This document shows, piece by piece, positions 10,401 to 18,523 of a DNA stretch of 64,000 nt (within the stretch, counting starts at the first letter, position 1; the number at the start of each line of letters is the position of its first letter). Where the stretch lies: the NCBI GenBank assembly GCA_949001935.1, contig CARJLX010000004.1:23023-87022 (forward strand), written 5' to 3'. The notes beneath the pieces are model-generated. The model saw nothing but the letters and a program-made list of their open reading frames with translations. It did no database searches and had not been told where the DNA came from. Both the position numbers and the translations under genes were made by a program. This DNA comes from an uncultured Eubacteriales bacterium (GTDB lineage Bacteria; Bacillota; Clostridia; Christensenellales; UBA1242).

Positions 10401-11586
10401 TTTCAACAAAATTGATGATACTAAATCTAAAGAAAAAGCCAAAGAGGAATTTGTTCAAACTCTAGATAAAATTGCAAGTGGCAACCTTGCCCAAGATGAA
10501 CTTGCCAGAATTGAAAGAAAGGCTTTTGATGAATCTACTATTAAGCCAAAGAAAATCACCTCTCGTGATGAAGCTCGTGCAAATGTTAAATCTTTTAATA
10601 ATTTGTTAAAAGACTTTGGAATTACAACTGGCATTAAACGCAAAATGGTGCTAGAAGAAGCTTCTCGTTTAGCCGGTCCTTTAATTTTTACAAGAGATAT
10701 GCTTGCTCAAGCAATTTTCAACACCTCTAACATAGATTTATCTGACTGTAGACTTCCACAAGAAAAATCTGCATATTTAAAAGAAATATTTGCTGAAATT
10801 TATGAGAATCAAGAAAAAATTGATGTTTCTGATCGCGAAAAATTTGCTAAGGCAAAAGCGTTAATTGAAGAAATGCAACAAAAACAGCTTGCAAGAACTA
10901 AACGCAAACTTAGAGCAAAAGAACAAATAGCTGGTCGCGAACAAGTTGAAAAAGTATTTAATTCTAGTGTTAAAGGTAATCCAATTGATATTTCAATTCA
11001 AAAAGGAACTTACACTCCTACTCGTGCCGAAATTAAACTTGCCAATGTGAAGAAAGAAAAAAGCATATTTAATGCAGATTCAACCAAAGTTTTAGAGAGC
11101 ATGAAAACTATTGGCAAAGATATGAAAGACCCTACCTCTTCTAAAACCATCATGAAAAATAATATTCAAAATCTTCAAGACTCTATTGAAAAGACTTTTG
11201 GAACAAAGGCTATGAAAGACCTATTTGATGATGAAAAAGGGCCAGATGCTATTTCTTGGGAAAAACTTAAGAGCGGAAAGTTATCGGAGCAAGAATTCAA
11301 AGTATTGATTGAAAAGATAAAGAAACTTATCAAGAAAAAAGAAAAGAAATTGAACAATAAACTAAAGAAGAGGAAAGAAAAGGCTAATAAAAATAACGCA
11401 AAAGGCAAGACTAAAAACAAGGCTAAAAATGGACAAGATATTGCAAACAATAATGAGTCCACCAATTTGGCTATTCAAAATGTTGAGGCTAGAAATAATA
11501 TTGAAAGCAATAAAGAAACTTCTTCCTCTCAAGCTTCTTCACCTGCACCTCAAGCAAGCAGTCAAAACGCCGAGAGCGGAAGATAG
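7420..11586 (+). CDS. Large (1,388 aa) membrane-anchored protein of unknown function with a central TM hairpin and long charged helical regions
   Basis: ORF track, start trimmed to ATG 7420 (SD AAGGGGAAAGGA). Two adjacent hydrophobic helices (GGFALTILMIVLAFIMPVAVAPLFGFLAVGVLAGSTVLA) follow a P/K-rich linker. The rest is E/K/Q-rich, and the C terminus is poly-Lys then Ser-rich. Confidence 0.75.
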   Translation: MTNKKITNNLKVFKDKETRTLSKADAEAFIKSFKHTLSMVSSPEDILAIFKTSNTNVATLKRDSVVLNAEFLGKDNLDALKAKFPNLNYNESEQTITLPMQPPEEGHVEVYSRDSSGEDEPDGGVFEVTITNEQGVKYTCFIDPLGVTIKDLNGIVVAEKRASFENITQEQILDADFSPELVEMIMAGKGPLKSPKNIKDLSPQLLDLYFKNGVIPTPPATQPRLKKDENNALYLGSEDSFQIMALPTPKSSEKSPEFYYLVKDKDGHKYIRDGQNFVPFEKFNFIIGHTANESKDKPFVLFNKNKGHEQNRFVQIPLNADGKPDPRFAQAIQAFAEQEPSRGKGETVGLDGKPVDLNDKNQIAFQHADIDSAKHIVKQTGLSTISANAGKGKIIDHDDPKPDEKPDQPKKPSASKGPRVNPFQKTPLKTIKKPPIKINEDAVRYGGFALTILMIVLAFIMPVAVAPLFGFLAVGVLAGSTVLANNAKAINNNPVNQAYNKYVQTLTKTEREAESEAGKFWEAETERGNAYDRYQEFLAQISGEDFKNSLQGALFNRFIESGLWTEREFKEFWSQDSTEKREVFLEDLQNLYAMQANTQDEINAKTTKQTEFLKKFGILKDNATSTEIEEVLKIFNTPLQAQNPETGEPMEIPADALIKGSIAYLKEFNGQEDKMFKAHDKVGDIIENCSGNTLQKIMSQKGVNFDRFIEEHALDIARRFMFRNDITASQKEELISKFKPEQIDMLKKASEEVSSAIAFTSTTGIIAKGKDDKFVSAIKSLESINNVYTLINESVVPALKKKSQIEDDTEALLWAIYAEDVKRTTKPEGTTERVNVDSLYKDVEKYSENFTNLIKLQQQIIADPRIKKILGEEIVLFNDNATILSNIAYGQAGQSSINAILQQISNQTNGSLKKDIETVLNLDNSRIEALNNITGGMAEQLYYSKDNGEIFEEPTKEFLNEQISQLKNQFPAFNGYSEKTQELIAKMYINKENVFNKIDDTKSKEKAKEEFVQTLDKIASGNLAQDELARIERKAFDESTIKPKKITSRDEARANVKSFNNLLKDFGITTGIKRKMVLEEASRLAGPLIFTRDMLAQAIFNTSNIDLSDCRLPQEKSAYLKEIFAEIYENQEKIDVSDREKFAKAKALIEEMQQKQLARTKRKLRAKEQIAGREQVEKVFNSSVKGNPIDISIQKGTYTPTRAEIKLANVKKEKSIFNADSTKVLESMKTIGKDMKDPTSSKTIMKNNIQNLQDSIEKTFGTKAMKDLFDDEKGPDAISWEKLKSGKLSEQEFKVLIEKIKKLIKKKEKKLNNKLKKRKEKANKNNAKGKTKNKAKNGQDIANNNESTNLAIQNVEARNNIESNKETSSSQASSPAPQASSQNAESGR

Positions 11587-11612
11587 GTAATAAAATTAAA
11601 TAAAATTTATTT

Positions 11613-11642
11613 AAGGCACTAAGAAATTTTACTTAGTGCCTT
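11613..11642 (+). terminator. Terminator hairpin after the 1,388-aa gene
   Basis: AAGGCACTAAGAAATTTTACTTAGTGCCTT: an 11-bp perfect stem with a weak T-run. Confidence 0.55.
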
Positions 11643-11723
11643 AAAATCGTTTTAAAAACTTATAAAAATATGTTATATTTATATAAATATATATTCTAAA
11701 TAAAAGAAGGAACTTATTTAATT

Positions 11724-12818
11724 ATGAAAATTGGAGTTGTTGGACTTCCTAATGTTGGGAAAAGTACATTATTTAATGCAATCACTGAAGCAGGTGCAGA
11801 AAGTGCAAACTACCCTTTTTGCACAATTGAACCTAATGTTGGAATCGTAGATGTCCCTGATGAGCGTCTTGAAGTTTTAGGCAAAATGTATAACACACAA
11901 AAAATTATTCCTGCCTCTATTGAATTTGTAGACATTGCAGGATTAGTTGCTGGAGCAAGCCATGGTGAAGGGCTTGGCAATAAATTTTTAAGCCATATTC
12001 GTGAAGTTGACGCAATCGTTCATGTAGTGCGTTGTTTTGACGACTCTAACATTATTCATGTTTCAGGTTCTGTTGATCCAATTCGAGATATTGAAGTTAT
12101 CAATCTCGAACTTGCTCTTGCCGACCTTGATGTTATAACAAAAAAATATGAGCGTGATGCTAAACTCGCCAAAACAGGAGATAAAAGTCTTATAGGTGGT
12201 GTGGACTTATTATTAAAACTTAAAAACACCCTCGAAAACAATGTCATGGTTAGAGTTCTCGACCTAAATGAGGACGAACAAAAGATTTTGAAAGGATTAC
12301 AACTCCTCACCGCCAAACCTGTTATTTATGTTGCAAATGTTGGCGAGAACGAAATCTCATCCGCCGAAAATAATTCTTATGTACAACAAGTAAAAAATCA
12401 TGCTTTAAAAGAAAATGCAAAGGTTATCACACTATGTGCAAAGATTGAAGAAGAGTTGACAGGTTTAGATAAAGAAGAGCGTTCAATTTTCAAAGAGGAA
12501 TTAGGCATCAAAGAATCAGGTCTTGAAAAACTTGTGACTGCAAGTTATGATCTTTTGGGACTTATGAGTTATCTTACAGCTGGCGAGAAAGAAGTTCGTG
12601 CTTGGACGATTGTGAAAGGCACTAAAGCTCCACAAGCAGCCGGCAAGATTCATACAGATTTCGAAAAAGGTTTTATCAAGGCAGAAATAGTTTCCTACAA
12701 CGACCTTATTGAAGCAGGTTCATATTTAAAAGCTCGCGAAAACGGCAAGGTTCGCATGGAAGGCAAAGAGTATGTTGTTCAAGATGGCGATATAATCCTC
12801 TTCCGCTTTAATGTCTAG
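11724..12818 (+). CDS. ychF: Ribosome-binding ATPase YchF
   Basis: [19 protein letters not shown]...[12 protein letters not shown]...VDIAGLV... and the C-terminal TGS-like end [15 protein letters not shown]. Confidence 0.95.
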   Translation: MKIGVVGLPNVGKSTLFNAITEAGAESANYPFCTIEPNVGIVDVPDERLEVLGKMYNTQKIIPASIEFVDIAGLVAGASHGEGLGNKFLSHIREVDAIVHVVRCFDDSNIIHVSGSVDPIRDIEVINLELALADLDVITKKYERDAKLAKTGDKSLIGGVDLLLKLKNTLENNVMVRVLDLNEDEQKILKGLQLLTAKPVIYVANVGENEISSAENNSYVQQVKNHALKENAKVITLCAKIEEELTGLDKEERSIFKEELGIKESGLEKLVTASYDLLGLMSYLTAGEKEVRAWTIVKGTKAPQAAGKIHTDFEKGFIKAEIVSYNDLIEAGSYLKARENGKVRMEGKEYVVQDGDIILFRFNV

Positions 12819-12825
12819 TTTTTCC

Positions 12826-12878
12826 CTTTCTTTTCTTTTCAAGAAAAGAAACAAAAGAAAACTAAATGTTGCACGACT
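12826..12878 (-). repeat. Hairpin element copy D fused to a partial GCAAC motif (3' of ychF, inverted relative to it)
   Basis: The plus strand reads CTTTCTTTTCTTTTCAAGAAAAGAAACAAAAGAAAACTAAATGTTGCACGACTG. Confidence 0.7.
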
Positions 12879-12954
12879 GTCAGTAAATTATTTTTAAAAG
12901 AAAATTAATATATATCTAATTTCTATATATGGAGGTTTAATATGGAGGTTTAAT

Positions 12955-13237
12955 TATGAAATGGACAATGGAACACGATAAAATTTGTTGTCAAATTTAC
13001 TTAGACAAATTTATCAAAAGCGCAACATATTCTGATAATATTAAAAACGAGTGCATACTTCTTGCTAAAGCAAAAGGATAACCTCAAAGCCAAGGTTCAA
13101 TAAGAATGATATTTTCAAATATTAAAGCAATTTGTGATGAAGTAGGACTAGAACATAATAGCCCTTTCAAGTCACTAGAAAATTACTCACAACAAAACAA
13201 AGAAGCATTTGATAATGTTTTTAAAACTTATCTTTAA
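12955..13237 (+). pseudogene. Decayed small gene (about 98 codons) with one frameshift and one in-frame TAA
   Basis: Hand translation gives MKWTMEHDKICCQIYLDKFIKS, then a 1-nt frame change near 13020-13022, then ATYSDNIKNECILLAKAKG, then TAA (13079-13081), then PQSQGSIRMIFSNIKAICDEVGLEHNSPFKSLENY.... A perfect 13-bp tandem duplication (ATGGAGGTTTAAT x2, 12928-12953) covers the SD. Confidence 0.45.
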
Positions 13238-13250
13238 ATATAAGGGAAAT

Positions 13251-13655
13251 ATGAAAAATCAAGAAATTTTACAGCAAATTTTAACAAATGGAAATATACT
13301 GACGCTGGCGTTCTTAGGTGACAGCGTACATACTTTGTTTATACGTGAAAAAGTTTTGCAAAACAGCAATTTTAAAATGAACAACTATCATACACTGGCA
13401 AGCAAAGTTTGTAAAGCTTCATCGCAAGCACAAACATTAAAAGAAATTATGCCTACCCTAACAGAGGAAGAAGCCGACATTGTGCGAAGGGCAAGAAATG
13501 CAAAACCAAAACATACCGCTAAAAATGCGACAAGTGCAGATTACTCTTACGCAACAGCATTTGAAGCACTTGTTGGCTATCTATACTTAAAAGATGACCA
13601 AAAAAGATTGCAAGAAATTTTGTTAGTTTCTTGCATAAAGGAGGACAAATGTTAA
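13251..13655 (+). CDS. mrnC: Mini-ribonuclease III
   Basis: LAFLGDSVHTLFIRE...AFEALVGYLYL. Synteny is mrnC-rlmB-...-sigH as in Bacillus. The start was trimmed to ATG 13251. Confidence 0.85.
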   Translation: MKNQEILQQILTNGNILTLAFLGDSVHTLFIREKVLQNSNFKMNNYHTLASKVCKASSQAQTLKEIMPTLTEEEADIVRRARNAKPKHTAKNATSADYSYATAFEALVGYLYLKDDQKRLQEILLVSCIKEDKC

Positions 13656-14374
13656 TTGAAGGTAAAAACGCAATTAGAGAGGCGTTAAACAGTGAAATTA
13701 CAATCAATAAAATTTTGATTGATAAAAACTTTGCAAGCAGAAAAGATGAAATAATTTCTCTCGCTTCACAAAAGCGTGTTAAAATTGAATATGTGCCAAG
13801 GCAAATTTTAGATAAAAAGTCACTTACAGCTCACCATCAAGGCTATATCGCTGAAGCAGTTGAGTTTGAATATTCTTCTGTCGAAGATATTTTGGCAAAC
13901 GCAAAAAGCAAAGATGAATTGCCTTTCATAGTTTTATTAGACGGCATTGAAGACCCTCACAATTTTGGTGCAATCATTCGTTCTTGTGAGTGTGCCGGTG
14001 TACATGGAATTATAATTCCAAAAAATCGTGCATGTCAGGTTAATGAAACAGTTATTCGCACAAGCACAGGCGCAATTGCAAATATGCCAATAGCAAAGGT
14101 GACAAATCTTAAGGAAGCCATTGACACCCTCCGCGAAAACGACGTTTGGGTTTATGTAGCCGAAACAGGTGGCGCAAACATTTACAAACAAAAACTATCT
14201 AATCGAGGAATAGCAGTTGTAATTGGCAGTGAAGGTAATGGTGTAAAGCAATCGCTTCGTTCTTACTGTGACGGCGTGCTAACCCTTCCCCTTCAAGGCA
14301 AAGTCAATTCACTCAACGCTTCCGTTGCCTGTGGAATTGTAGTCTTTGAAGTATTAAGACAGCGTGGACTTTAA
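13649..14374 (+). CDS. rlmB: 23S rRNA 2'-O-ribose methyltransferase, SpoU/TrmH family (RlmB/YacO-like)
   Basis: MLIEGKNAIREAL..., DGIEDPHNFGAIIRS, VVIGSEGNGV, LNASVACGIV. SD AAGGAGG precedes ATG 13649. Confidence 0.9.
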   Translation: MLIEGKNAIREALNSEITINKILIDKNFASRKDEIISLASQKRVKIEYVPRQILDKKSLTAHHQGYIAEAVEFEYSSVEDILANAKSKDELPFIVLLDGIEDPHNFGAIIRSCECAGVHGIIIPKNRACQVNETVIRTSTGAIANMPIAKVTNLKEAIDTLRENDVWVYVAETGGANIYKQKLSNRGIAVVIGSEGNGVKQSLRSYCDGVLTLPLQGKVNSLNASVACGIVVFEVLRQRGL

Positions 14375-14454
14375 GCCATATTAAAAGTAGTAACCTATTC
14401 AAACCTCTACACAATATTTCCGAAGACCATTGTGTAAAATTTAAGGAGAAAATT

Positions 14455-14992
14455 ATGCAGGAACATATATTAGTCCTCGCCTACCCTGGTTCGGGCAAAA
14501 CATACTTGGCGGAAAACTTTAAAGATGTAAGCGATTTGGAATTTCAACATTATCGCTGGGATTATGGCGAAAACAAAAATTTGCCACTTGAACAGTTGAA
14601 AGGTTGCGAACAAAAATCCGTTAAACCGCAGTGGCCAGACAATTTCTTTAAAGTTTTGGAAGAAGAAACAAAGAAAACTAAACTTGTATTAGTGCCAATG
14701 GCAACCTCGCTTTTCCCAATACTTGACCACCTCGCAGCGGGGGGGGGTAAGAGTGATCTTTGCCATTCAAGACAGAGATTGTCTTGACGAAGTGCTTGAA
14801 ACTTATAGAAAAAGAGGAAATAAAGAAAAATTTATTGAAGATCGAAGAAATGATTTTTCAAAATTTCATGACTTAACTGCAAATAATAAATATGAAAAAG
14901 CATACATCCATAGAGGTGAACATCTATATGATGCCCTCACCCGCCTTGGAATTAAACTTGAAAAAGGAAAGGGCTATAAAAATTATTTCTAA
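14455..14992 (+). pseudogene. P-loop NTPase/kinase-like gene split by a G9 homopolymer (14739-14747)
   Basis: Track ORFs 14455-14787 and 14723-14992 overlap at the G-run. Removing one G joins ...PILDHLAAGG to VRVIFAIQDRDCLDEV..., giving a 178-aa protein with Walker A (AYPGSGKTYLAENF). Confidence 0.7.
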
Positions 14993-15068
14993 TTCACACC
15001 CATACCCATTCGTTCTGTAGATGGAAAGTCAAAAGAAAAAGTGCCATTGGCACACAAAGGAGGTCGCC

Positions 15069-15710
15069 ATGCAAAAAGAAAATGTAAAGCAAGAAGAAAT
15101 TGCGTCTTTAACAGACGAACAACTTGCCATCTTAGCCAAAAATTTTGACGAAGAAGCAATAAACGAATTGTTTGCAAGATACAAAAACCTTGTTAATGCC
15201 ATTGCAAGAAGTTATTTCCTTATTGGTGGCGACATTGAAGATATTGTGCAAGAAGGCATGATTGGTCTCTATAAAGCAATTCGCTCATACACAGCAGACA
15301 AAAAGGCATCTTTCAAGACCTTTGCAAACATCTGCATAAGACATCAAATTCAAAACGAAGTTAAAAAAGCAAGTAGTGAAAAAAATAAAATTCTTTCCTC
15401 TGCCCTCCCTATTCTTGAACAATTATATGACGAAGAGGAAGATAGCGGTGAAATAATTATTATGAGCAACTTGCCTTCCCCTGACGACCAAGTGATAGCA
15501 AAAGAAAATGCAAAAGAGTTAAATCAAAAAGTTAACGAAAAACTTTCATCACTCGAACGCAAAATTTTGTCGTTATACTTGCGAGGCTACAACTACACTG
15601 AAATTGCACATTTAGGCGAAGTCAACAAAAAGACAATTGACAACGCCCTAACACGAATAAAAAGCAAACTATCCTTCCTAAAAGAAGAAAACAACAAAAA
15701 GATAGTATAA
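15069..15710 (+). CDS. sigH: RNA polymerase sigma factor, SigH-like (sigma-70 family)
   Basis: Region 2 (DIEDIVQEGMIGLYKAIRSY) and a region 4 HTH (LRGYNYTEIAHLGEVNKKTIDNALTRIKSKL). The position downstream of rlmB fits sigH. SD AAAGGAGG. Confidence 0.8.
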   Translation: MQKENVKQEEIASLTDEQLAILAKNFDEEAINELFARYKNLVNAIARSYFLIGGDIEDIVQEGMIGLYKAIRSYTADKKASFKTFANICIRHQIQNEVKKASSEKNKILSSALPILEQLYDEEEDSGEIIIMSNLPSPDDQVIAKENAKELNQKVNEKLSSLERKILSLYLRGYNYTEIAHLGEVNKKTIDNALTRIKSKLSFLKEENNKKIV

Positions 15711-15719
15711 GGAGAAAAT

Positions 15720-16571
15720 ATGGAAATAATTGAAGTCGAAACAAAACGAGGAAATAAACTTTATGGTTGCCTTTATGGCGAAAACTACAAAGATATTTGT
15801 GTTGTTGTCACAAATGGAAATTGTGGCAACATATTTGAAAACAAATTTCTTCAAGTTGTCGGCGAAGAATTAGAAAAAAACAAAATTTCTTTTATATATG
15901 CTCACAATAGTGGTGCATTTCATAGAATTGACACCCCTACAAAAACAGGTAACCCGATTGGCAATACTTATGAGCTTTTTGATAATTGTCTAGAAGATTT
16001 ACAAACCTATGTGGATTTCGCAAAACAAAAGGGATATAAACAAATAATTTTAGGAGGTTATAGTTATGGTGCAAATAAAGTAGTTTATTATCTTTCAAAA
16101 AATCAAAAAGAAAAAATAGATAAATATATTCTTATTTCACCAACCGATACAAGCAATTTAAAAGAACATGAAGTTTTATCAGCACAAAAACTTATGCCTA
16201 TTGCATTACAATATAAAAAAGAAAAACGACTTGATGAAATTTTACCAATTCCTTTTGACGATTACAATTTGTACACTGCCAGAGCATTTCTAGATTTTAT
16301 TGAAAACAAAAATGCAAAAAACTTGCCAATTTATTCAAAAAATGGTAATTTTAAACAATTAAAACAGATAAATCAAAAGGGCTTATTTGTTATGGGTGAA
16401 AAAGATGGATTTGCTTATGGCAACACCCTAAACCATCTTTCAACCATAAACAAAAACACTAAATACAAAGATAATGTGGTAAAAGTAATAGAAAATTGCG
16501 GGCATACATTTAAGAACGGAAAAGAGTTTGAACTAGCAAAAGCAATCTTAGATTTTGTAAAGGAAAAATAA
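15720..16571 (+). CDS. Alpha/beta-fold serine hydrolase
   Basis: Nucleophile elbow G-Y-S-Y-G (ILGGYSYGANK) and a C-terminal CGHTF His motif. Confidence 0.6.
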   Translation: MEIIEVETKRGNKLYGCLYGENYKDICVVVTNGNCGNIFENKFLQVVGEELEKNKISFIYAHNSGAFHRIDTPTKTGNPIGNTYELFDNCLEDLQTYVDFAKQKGYKQIILGGYSYGANKVVYYLSKNQKEKIDKYILISPTDTSNLKEHEVLSAQKLMPIALQYKKEKRLDEILPIPFDDYNLYTARAFLDFIENKNAKNLPIYSKNGNFKQLKQINQKGLFVMGEKDGFAYGNTLNHLSTINKNTKYKDNVVKVIENCGHTFKNGKEFELAKAILDFVKEK

Positions 16572-16581
16572 AGGAGAAAAT

Positions 16582-18258
16582 ATGGATTTAAATAATATTA
16601 TTCCAGAGAATGATTTGGAAGAAGAAATTATTGCAGATTTAAAGTCTGGTCGAAGCAAAGAGGTTATCACTCGTTGTCCGCCAGAACCAAGTGGTTATTG
16701 GTACATCGGTCATGTTAAAGCATGGACTATCAATTTTGAAACCGCTCAAAAGTTTGGAGGTAAAACTTATCTTCGTATGGATGACTCTAACCCTACAAAA
16801 GAAGATGGCGAATTTGCAAACAGTTATTTAGCAGATCTTGAATGGCTTGGTTTCAAACCAGAGGCTCTTGTTTATGCAAGTGAAAGTTATTTTGACGAAA
16901 TTTATAATATTGCCGAAAAGATGATAATGAATGGTGACGCATATGTTTGCGATCTTTCTGCTGAAGAAGTTTCAGCAACACGTGGCACATTGACTACTCC
17001 TGGGAAGAATAGCCCTTATAGAAATAGAACTCCTGAAGAAAACTTACAACTTTTCCGCGATATGCGAGATGGCAAATTCCCAGACGGGAGCAAGACATTA
17101 AGGGCAAAAATAGATATGGCTCACCCTAATATCAACATGCGTGACCCTGTTATGTACAAGATTGCAAGACTTCACCACTATCGTGTTGGCGACAAGTGGT
17201 GTATTTGGCCTCAATATGACTTTGTTCATCCTATGGAAGACTGTCTTGAAGGCACAACCTATTCCCTTTGCGATAAAGGTTTCCAAGACCACCGAATTGT
17301 TTATGAATGGTTTGTTGAACATGGTTGGGGCAAGCCTTATGCACCTAAACAAAGAGAATTCAGCCGTTTGACTATCGAAAATGTTTTGACTGGCAAACGC
17401 TGGCTTAAACAAGTTGTAAACAGCGGACTTGTTAATGGTTGGGATGACCCTCGTTTCCCTACTCTTGTAGGTTTAAGAAGAAGAGGTTATACTGCAAAAG
17501 CGGTTAAAGATTTTGTTCGCTCAGTTGGTTGGGGAAGCACTATTGAAGTGACTGTTCCATACTCCGCCCTCGAATATTATGTCCGTGAAGATCTCAATAA
17601 GATTGCAACTCGTGCCATGGTTGTAATTGAGCCACTTAAAGTTGTAATTACAAATTATGTTGGTGATGGCGAAGATGTCGAGATTGAAAACAATCCTAAT
17701 GATGAAAATGCTGGCAAACACAAAGCAAGATTTTCAAAAGAGATATTTATTGAACAAGAAGACTTTTCAACCAATCCGCCACCAAAATACAATCGTTTGG
17801 TTGAAGGCGGAGTTGTAAGACTTAAAGGGGCTTACATTATTCGTTGCAACAAAGTTATATATAAAGATAATGGCGAAATTGACCATCTTGAATGTGAATA
17901 CATTCCAGAAAGCAAGTCTGGAAATGATACAAGCGGAATTAAGTGCAAAGGAACTATTCATTTCGTTTCCGCTGACAACTATTTCCCTATTACAATTAGA
18001 GAAATCAAAAACCTTGTAAAACCAGAATATCCATTCCCTGCAAAAGCACTTGCTGAAGGCGTGGCAATCAGTGACATCTTAGAGCCAAATTCATTAACAG
18101 ACCATGTTGCTTATGCTGAAAACTTTTTGAAATCTGCCAAAGTGGAAGACAAGTTCCAATTTATGCGAAAAGGTTATTTCTGCATGGATAAGGACAGTAC
18201 AAAAGAAAACTATATTTTCAACTCTACTATTTCTCTTAAAGACGGCTTCAAAAAATAA
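16582..18258 (+). CDS. glnS: Glutamine--tRNA ligase
   Basis: Collinear from memory with E. coli GlnRS: RCPPEPSGYWYIGH, DDSNPTKE, TLTTPGKNSPYRNR, LRAKIDMAHPNINMRDPVMYKI, WDDPRFPTLVGLRRRGYTA. Confidence 0.9.
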   Translation: MDLNNIIPENDLEEEIIADLKSGRSKEVITRCPPEPSGYWYIGHVKAWTINFETAQKFGGKTYLRMDDSNPTKEDGEFANSYLADLEWLGFKPEALVYASESYFDEIYNIAEKMIMNGDAYVCDLSAEEVSATRGTLTTPGKNSPYRNRTPEENLQLFRDMRDGKFPDGSKTLRAKIDMAHPNINMRDPVMYKIARLHHYRVGDKWCIWPQYDFVHPMEDCLEGTTYSLCDKGFQDHRIVYEWFVEHGWGKPYAPKQREFSRLTIENVLTGKRWLKQVVNSGLVNGWDDPRFPTLVGLRRRGYTAKAVKDFVRSVGWGSTIEVTVPYSALEYYVREDLNKIATRAMVVIEPLKVVITNYVGDGEDVEIENNPNDENAGKHKARFSKEIFIEQEDFSTNPPPKYNRLVEGGVVRLKGAYIIRCNKVIYKDNGEIDHLECEYIPESKSGNDTSGIKCKGTIHFVSADNYFPITIREIKNLVKPEYPFPAKALAEGVAISDILEPNSLTDHVAYAENFLKSAKVEDKFQFMRKGYFCMDKDSTKENYIFNSTISLKDGFKK

Positions 18259-18262
18259 TTTT

Positions 18263-18302
18263 CACTTTACTTTTCTTTTAAAGAAAAGTAAACAAAAGAA
18301 AG
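18263..18302 (-). repeat. Hairpin element copy E (3' of glnS, inverted relative to it)
   Basis: The plus strand reads CACTTTACTTTTCTTTTAAAGAAAAGTAAACAAAAGAAAGC. The core is identical to copy A. Confidence 0.75.
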
Positions 18303-18391
18303 CTAATTTACAATGCTTGACAAAATTTATCTTCGCATTGCAAACAAACTTTATTTATTTTCTTTATAAAATAAGTAAAATTATTTAAATC

Positions 18392-18425
18392 AAAGCATTT
18401 GACAATAATCAAATGCTTTTGTTTT
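18392..18425 (+). terminator. Intrinsic terminator
   Basis: AAAGCATTTGA-caataa-TCAAATGCTTT (11-bp perfect stem) followed by TGTTTT. Confidence 0.7.
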
Positions 18426-18429
18426 ACTA

Positions 18430-18462
18430 TTCTTTTGCTTCTTTTCTATAAAGAAAAGAAGA
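18430..18462 (+). repeat. Hairpin element copy F (upstream of the 18524 membrane-protein gene)
   Basis: TTCTTTTGCTTCTTTTCTATAAAGAAAAGAAGA. Confidence 0.75.
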
Positions 18463-18523
18463 TAATATAAAAATATTATCAAATTTATTTTTGAAAAATA
18501 AATTTTTGTGTTAAAATGTTATT

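Noticed and set aside
14723-14992. The 89-aa ORF as an independent gene
   Set aside because: Its start is an artefactual TTG inside the upstream ORF. It is the out-of-frame continuation of the P-loop gene across the G9 tract.
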